56,113 bases of DNA from an uncultured Saprospiraceae bacterium (GTDB lineage Bacteria > Bacteroidota > Bacteroidia > Chitinophagales > Saprospiraceae): positions 1-56,113 of the forward strand of contig CALDUB010000201.1 in NCBI GenBank assembly GCA_937923465.1, in the 5' to 3' direction. Of this stretch, positions 52,002-56,113 are shown piece after piece. The notes under the pieces are model-generated. The model did not search any database and was not told the DNA's origin. It saw nothing but the letters and a program-made list of their open reading frames with translations. Each line of letters begins with the position of its first letter. Position 1 is the stretch's first letter. The translations under genes were made by a program, and so were the position numbers.

Positions 52002-52997
52002 CTACCTCGCGACTAAGCCCAAAACATCCTCCGCAAACTTAAAAGTCTCTTTCCTTACTGCATCGAGATTCGTGCTTTGCAAAGGCGACAACATCACATG
52101 CGCCCCATTTGGAAAAGCATGCAAAACCTTTTTTTCATCTGGCGTATTGACTTCCTCAAAAAACGTTTTCATCGCAGGAATAGAAACCGTTTTATCTCTA
52201 TGTGTCTCATCTTTATAATAATATCCCACAAAAAGTGGCTGGGTTATTTTCTGAGAAATCTCCGAAGACATTGTCTCTTCAATCAAAGCTTTTAGAGCGA
52301 CAATTCCTTCTAGACGGTAGTCCATAGTCCAATAAGGCGCGCAGCTTTCAGGAATCGGAACATGGCGATATTTACTACCAGATACTTGTTGAGCTATTTC
52401 TAATCCCCAGGGCAAAGTTAGCATGTCTGAAGTTGGATTAGCCAAGTCAATATTAGGGGAAAAAGCCATTTGGGCATTAATCATCTCTGGGTTTTCCGCT
52501 GCCAAATAAGCGGACAAAGTCCCACCCGTCGAACAAGAAATCACAATCACTTTTTCTCCCAAAACATTCCCAATAGCAATGGCTTCTTTCGCACTATCCA
52601 CTAAGTCTTTTGGAGTCAAATCTTTGAAACTTTCCTTATCCAAAATGCCATGTTTTGCCAAACAAGGAACATACAGATTCGCACCATATCGCTGCGCAAA
52701 TTCCTTATGAATTGGGTCGCCTTCCATTGGACTCGCCGAAAATCCATGTAAATAAACGACGCTATGTTCCGTTTTTTGCTTTGTGCTATCTGCCCAAAGA
52801 ATGTAACTTTCATTGCCTGCTTTGAAATTTTTAACGCTGATGTGCTTTTTAGAAACGAAGTCTTCTGTTTCAGTCAGAGACATGTTTATTTTCTCAATTT
52901 TGCTTGTGAAAGCAGGATAGTCAGGTTTTGGTCCTGCAAAGAATGCGATTGCCAAAAGACCAAGAGAAACCATAGGAATAAGATAGCGTTTTTTCAT
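52002..52997 (-). CDS. Secreted or membrane-anchored alpha/beta hydrolase (esterase/lysophospholipase-like)
   Basis: The N-terminal hydrophobic segment is MKKRYLIPMVSLGLLAIAFFAG. An oxyanion-region stretch is VVYLHGFSASP. The nucleophile elbow variant is VISCSTGGT. Confidence 0.8.
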   Translation of the reverse strand: MKKRYLIPMVSLGLLAIAFFAGPKPDYPAFTSKIEKINMSLTETEDFVSKKHISVKNFKAGNESYILWADSTKQKTEHSVVYLHGFSASPMEGDPIHKEFAQRYGANLYVPCLAKHGILDKESFKDLTPKDLVDSAKEAIAIGNVLGEKVIVISCSTGGTLSAYLAAENPEMINAQMAFSPNIDLANPTSDMLTLPWGLEIAQQVSGSKYRHVPIPESCAPYWTMDYRLEGIVALKALIEETMSSEISQKITQPLFVGYYYKDETHRDKTVSIPAMKTFFEEVNTPDEKKVLHAFPNGAHVMLSPLQSTNLDAVRKETFKFAEDVLGLVAR

Positions 52998-53187
52998 TTT
53001 GATATTTTTTATTCACAAAAAATACTCATCAGGTGACTCAAAGTCATTTGATGAGTATAATAATTTATGGATAACTGAATAAAGAAAACTATTAAGTTTC
53101 CAGAAATATTTTACCGTCACCTGACAGCAGCCAATCGACAACTAATTTACACAAATTTACTACCTTAGCAGCGAAAATTCGCTATAT

Positions 53188-54348
53188 ATGAAAAACAAGT
53201 CAATACAAATTCGTTCAGAGCATTTAGACGGTGCCGAAATCTCTTGGTTTGCGCCCATTTGTAACGGTGATACGGAATTCCTAGGAGAGATGCCCGACCA
53301 GTACAAGAGTAATTGGAAAAATGCTTCTGAGATATTGTTAACCGCTGATAAATTGGGTTATAGAAATATTCTTTGCCCGTCTTCTTATCAGGTCGGACAA
53401 GATACGATGACCTTTGCTTCTGCGGTAGCGCCATTGACAAAAAATATTAATCTTTTAGCCGCGATACGTTGTGGGGAAGTGCATCCGCCGATGTTGGCGC
53501 GTGCGATTGCGACGCTTGACCACATCTTAGAAGGACGTTTGACGATAAATATCATCTCCTCTAATCTGCCAGGGACAGAGGAAACATCCGAGACCCGCTA
53601 CAAGCGTTCACGTGAGGTTATCGAGATTTTAAAACAAGCTTGGACAAAGGCAGAAATCGATTTTAAAGGCGATTTTTACAATATTAAATTACCAACTGCG
53701 CCTGTCAAACCTTATCAACAAAACGGAGGACCTTTGCTTTATTTTGGTGGTTATTCTCCTCCTGGAGTTGATTTGTGTGCAGAGCATTGTGATGTGTATT
53801 TGATGTGGCCAGAAACGGAAGAACGTTTGGGAGGCTTGATGCAAAATATGAGCAACAAAGCAGCTGAATATGGGCGAAAAGTAGATTTTGGTTTACGTAT
53901 CCACATGATAGTCCGCGAGACGGAAGAGGAAGCGCGCGCACACGCTAGAAAACTCATGTCAAAATTAGAACCTGAAAAAGGAAAAGAAATTCGCGAACGC
54001 GCCTTAGATGCAAAATCTTACGGCGTATCTCGTCAGGCAGATATGCGTACTCTAGCAGATGAAGAAGGATATGCAGAGCCAAATTTATGGACAGGAATCG
54101 GTCGCGCTCGCTCGGGTTGTGGCGCCGCTTTAGTTGGGAATCCACAGCAAATTATAGCAAAATTGCAAAGGTACATGGACATGGGCATTCGTTCTTTCAT
54201 TTTTTCAGGTTATCCGCACTTGGAAGAATGTGAGATTTTCGCTAAATTAGTACTGCCGCATTTGAAAACAGTTTCTTTGCCAGAGGTGCAGGGACGCAGA
54301 CCGAAAGAAACGCCTGCTACACCTTTGGGGGTAGGGAAGAGGGTTTAA
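53188..54348 (+). CDS. LLM-class flavin-dependent oxidoreductase (SsuD/luciferase-like monooxygenase)
   Basis: Matching stretches are [31 protein letters not shown] and the C-terminal [15 protein letters not shown]. Confidence 0.88.
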   Translation: MKNKSIQIRSEHLDGAEISWFAPICNGDTEFLGEMPDQYKSNWKNASEILLTADKLGYRNILCPSSYQVGQDTMTFASAVAPLTKNINLLAAIRCGEVHPPMLARAIATLDHILEGRLTINIISSNLPGTEETSETRYKRSREVIEILKQAWTKAEIDFKGDFYNIKLPTAPVKPYQQNGGPLLYFGGYSPPGVDLCAEHCDVYLMWPETEERLGGLMQNMSNKAAEYGRKVDFGLRIHMIVRETEEEARAHARKLMSKLEPEKGKEIRERALDAKSYGVSRQADMRTLADEEGYAEPNLWTGIGRARSGCGAALVGNPQQIIAKLQRYMDMGIRSFIFSGYPHLEECEIFAKLVLPHLKTVSLPEVQGRRPKETPATPLGVGKRV

Positions 54349-54382
54349 ATTCAAATTCAAGTATCAAATTCAAAATTAAACT

Positions 54383-55603
54383 ATGAATCTTAATCCCGTC
54401 GTCTTATCCATTCCTATTTTCTTCACGCTCATGGCGGTGGAACTCATCTACGAGCGCATCACAAAAAAGCATACCTATCGCCTACATGATGCCGTGACGA
54501 ACATCAGCACGGGCACACTTTCACAAGTATCAGGCGTATTTCAAAAGATAATAAAAATTGGAATTTACGTTTTTGTCTTTGAGCATTTTCGCTTGTTTGA
54601 TTTGCCTTCTAATGGCTGGACTTTTGCGGCAATTTGGGTTTTGTATGACTTAGGATATTACTGGGAACATCGTATGGCGCATACGGTTAGCCTGTTTTGG
54701 GGCGGTCATGTGGTGCATCATCAGAGTGAAGATTACAACCTATCAGTGGCATTGCGACAGACATCGACGGGAGCGCTGTGGGGCTTTTTCTTTTACTTGC
54801 CTTTAGCTTTAGTTGGATTTGACCCGACGCAGTTGGTCTTGGTGGCAGGCTTTAATTTGTTGTATCAATTTTGGATACATACCGAGCATATTCAAAAGAT
54901 GCCTGTCTGGTTTGAAGCCGTTTTAAATACACCTTCTCATCATCGCGTACACCACGGTCGCGACCCAAAATACATCGACAAAAACTACGCTGGAGTCTTC
55001 ATTACTTGGGATAAAATGTTTGGGACATTTAAGGAAGAAGAAGAACGTCCAAACTATGGTGTGACAGTTCCTATTAAATCTTGGAATCCACTTTTTGCTA
55101 ATTTTTCGCACTATATCGACCTGTTTGCCGTGGTGAAAGAAGCGCGAACTTTTAAAGATAAATTAAAGATTTTATTTTACCCTCCAGGTTGGTTGCCAGA
55201 CTATATGGGTGGACATCAAAAGCCCAAAGTCGTAGCCTCTGACTATCAAAAATATGATGCGACAGTTTCGAAAGGGATGAAAGTGTATATCTTTTTGCAG
55301 TTCTTTATTTTGTCTCAAATTACCACACTTTTTCTTTTTGAAAATGAGAATTTTACGACTCCCTTAATTGTTGCTTTTTCTCTTTGGATTGGCTGGACGA
55401 CGGTGATGTTTGGTTTTTTTGCGGAGAAGAAAAATACTTGGGTACATGTGATTGAAGTGTTGCGATTATTGGCTTTGCCTGTCTTAATGTTGGGACTGAT
55501 AAACATAGAATTTGAACTGCCAAGTTTTATTTTGGCTCTTACTATTGGGCTTGTTTTACTTAGTTTTATAGGTTATTGGCTTGTGAATAAATATGAAAAA
55601 TAA
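54383..55603 (+). CDS. Fatty-acid hydroxylase/sterol desaturase-family membrane protein with an extra C-terminal multi-helix extension
   Basis: The His boxes are HRMAH, HVVHH and HHRVHH. The last ~120 aa are additional hydrophobic helices (FLQFFILSQITTLFLF..., WIGWTTVMFGFF..., LLALPVLMLGLI..., LALTIGLVLLSFIGYWL). Confidence 0.85.
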   Translation: MNLNPVVLSIPIFFTLMAVELIYERITKKHTYRLHDAVTNISTGTLSQVSGVFQKIIKIGIYVFVFEHFRLFDLPSNGWTFAAIWVLYDLGYYWEHRMAHTVSLFWGGHVVHHQSEDYNLSVALRQTSTGALWGFFFYLPLALVGFDPTQLVLVAGFNLLYQFWIHTEHIQKMPVWFEAVLNTPSHHRVHHGRDPKYIDKNYAGVFITWDKMFGTFKEEEERPNYGVTVPIKSWNPLFANFSHYIDLFAVVKEARTFKDKLKILFYPPGWLPDYMGGHQKPKVVASDYQKYDATVSKGMKVYIFLQFFILSQITTLFLFENENFTTPLIVAFSLWIGWTTVMFGFFAEKKNTWVHVIEVLRLLALPVLMLGLINIEFELPSFILALTIGLVLLSFIGYWLVNKYEK

Positions 55604-55639
55604 CAATTTTCTTACTTATTTGCGCGTTTGTTCCTTCCA

Positions 55640-55915
55640 AAGAAAAGACCAAAGTCGAATGTTGTCAATTTAGGAAGCATTTTGCTATGATTCTCTAAGT
55701 GTGACTTTCTAAGAAGACATGATTGTTAAACAGATGATGCGGATTTGGCAGATTAGGGCGGATTTTATTGAACTGAAAATAATGGATCCGCCCAAATCCG
55801 CATCATCTGCCAAATCCGCTTTTCTATCATCCATGGGGACACGTAAGTTGATTACATTCGACTCACGTGTCCATAAGGAAAGTCACCGTTTGAGTAATTA
55901 AAATCAAACTTTATC
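55640..55915. repeat. Palindromic element, copy 2, with a degenerate left arm
   Basis: The core (55732..55819) is made of gcggattt/aaatccgc words. The right arm ggacacgtaagttgattacattcgactcacgtgtccataaggaaagtcac is nearly the reverse complement of the copy-1 left arm (42610..42650). Confidence 0.65.
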
Positions 55916-55943
55916 AATCTATTTCATAAAGAACTTCTCATTT

Positions 55944-56113
55944 TAACAGCCCCACATTACTTCCACTTCATAGTTTTGTAAAAAGTAATCCCTATCCACC
56001 ATTATAAAAATAATCTCGTCGCCGACTTCACATTCTTGCATAATATCTTCAAAATTAACCTCTTCAAATACTTCATCAGAATACATCCACAACGAACGCA
56101 TGTATTTTTTCTT
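55944..56113 (-). CDS. C-terminal fragment of a hypothetical protein; the N-terminus lies beyond the window
   Basis: Manual translation of the minus strand gives ...KKKYMRSLWMYSDEVFEEVNFEDIMQECEVGDEIIFIMVDRDYFLQNYEVEVMWGC, then TAA at 55944..55946. It is absent from the ORF track because it is partial. Confidence 0.45.

Overview
This 56.1-kb segment looks chromosomal and comes from a Bacteroidota genome. The evidence is T9SS C-terminal sorting domains, a PorV-like barrel, GEVED domains and CarboxypepD_reg-type TonB receptors. A gliding marine Cytophagia/Saprospiria-type organism is only a guess. I support 37 protein-coding genes; two are cut by the window edges and are missing from the ORF track. 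I found no rRNA, tRNA or CRISPR. All domain calls come from reading motifs by eye; no HMM, BLAST or folding was run.

Content in order:
- A truncated BNR/LamG/PKD surface protein, a LysM-CAP protein and an OMP barrel.
- A CE7-esterase/GEVED/T9SS cargo protein.
- A same-strand trio: an oversized TonB-receptor-like barrel, a 1353-aa T9SS-type cargo and a PorV/PorQ-like barrel.
- greA-HIT-rhodanese.
- crtI-crtB-lycopene cyclase, an orphan Rep_3-like initiator and a polyprenyl synthetase.
- ogt.
- An A/T-rich islet carrying a CYTH gene and a Zn-ribbon hypothetical.
- A 1762-aa GEVED protein with no T9SS tail.
- A csp-like gene, paaY-like gene, MIase-like gene and an SRAP peptidase.
- A TonB receptor behind a TPP riboswitch.
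- An aminotransferase, a thioredoxin-fold protein, a choice-of-anchor-B T9SS cargo, a lipoprotein, a flippase and DUF58.
- A MerR plus membrane-protein pair bracketed by two copies of a ~200-bp MITE-like element.
- An alpha/beta hydrolase, an LLM oxidoreductase and a fatty-acid hydroxylase-family protein.

The main non-coding signal is that almost every intergenic gap is filled, often right up to the stop codons, by long hairpins built from stuttered 6-10-nt words. Several sequence families recur across the window, and one sits inside the P3 stem of the riboswitch.

The best candidate for an undescribed system is the 12.5-21.7 kb outer-membrane trio. Its function cannot be read from the sequence.
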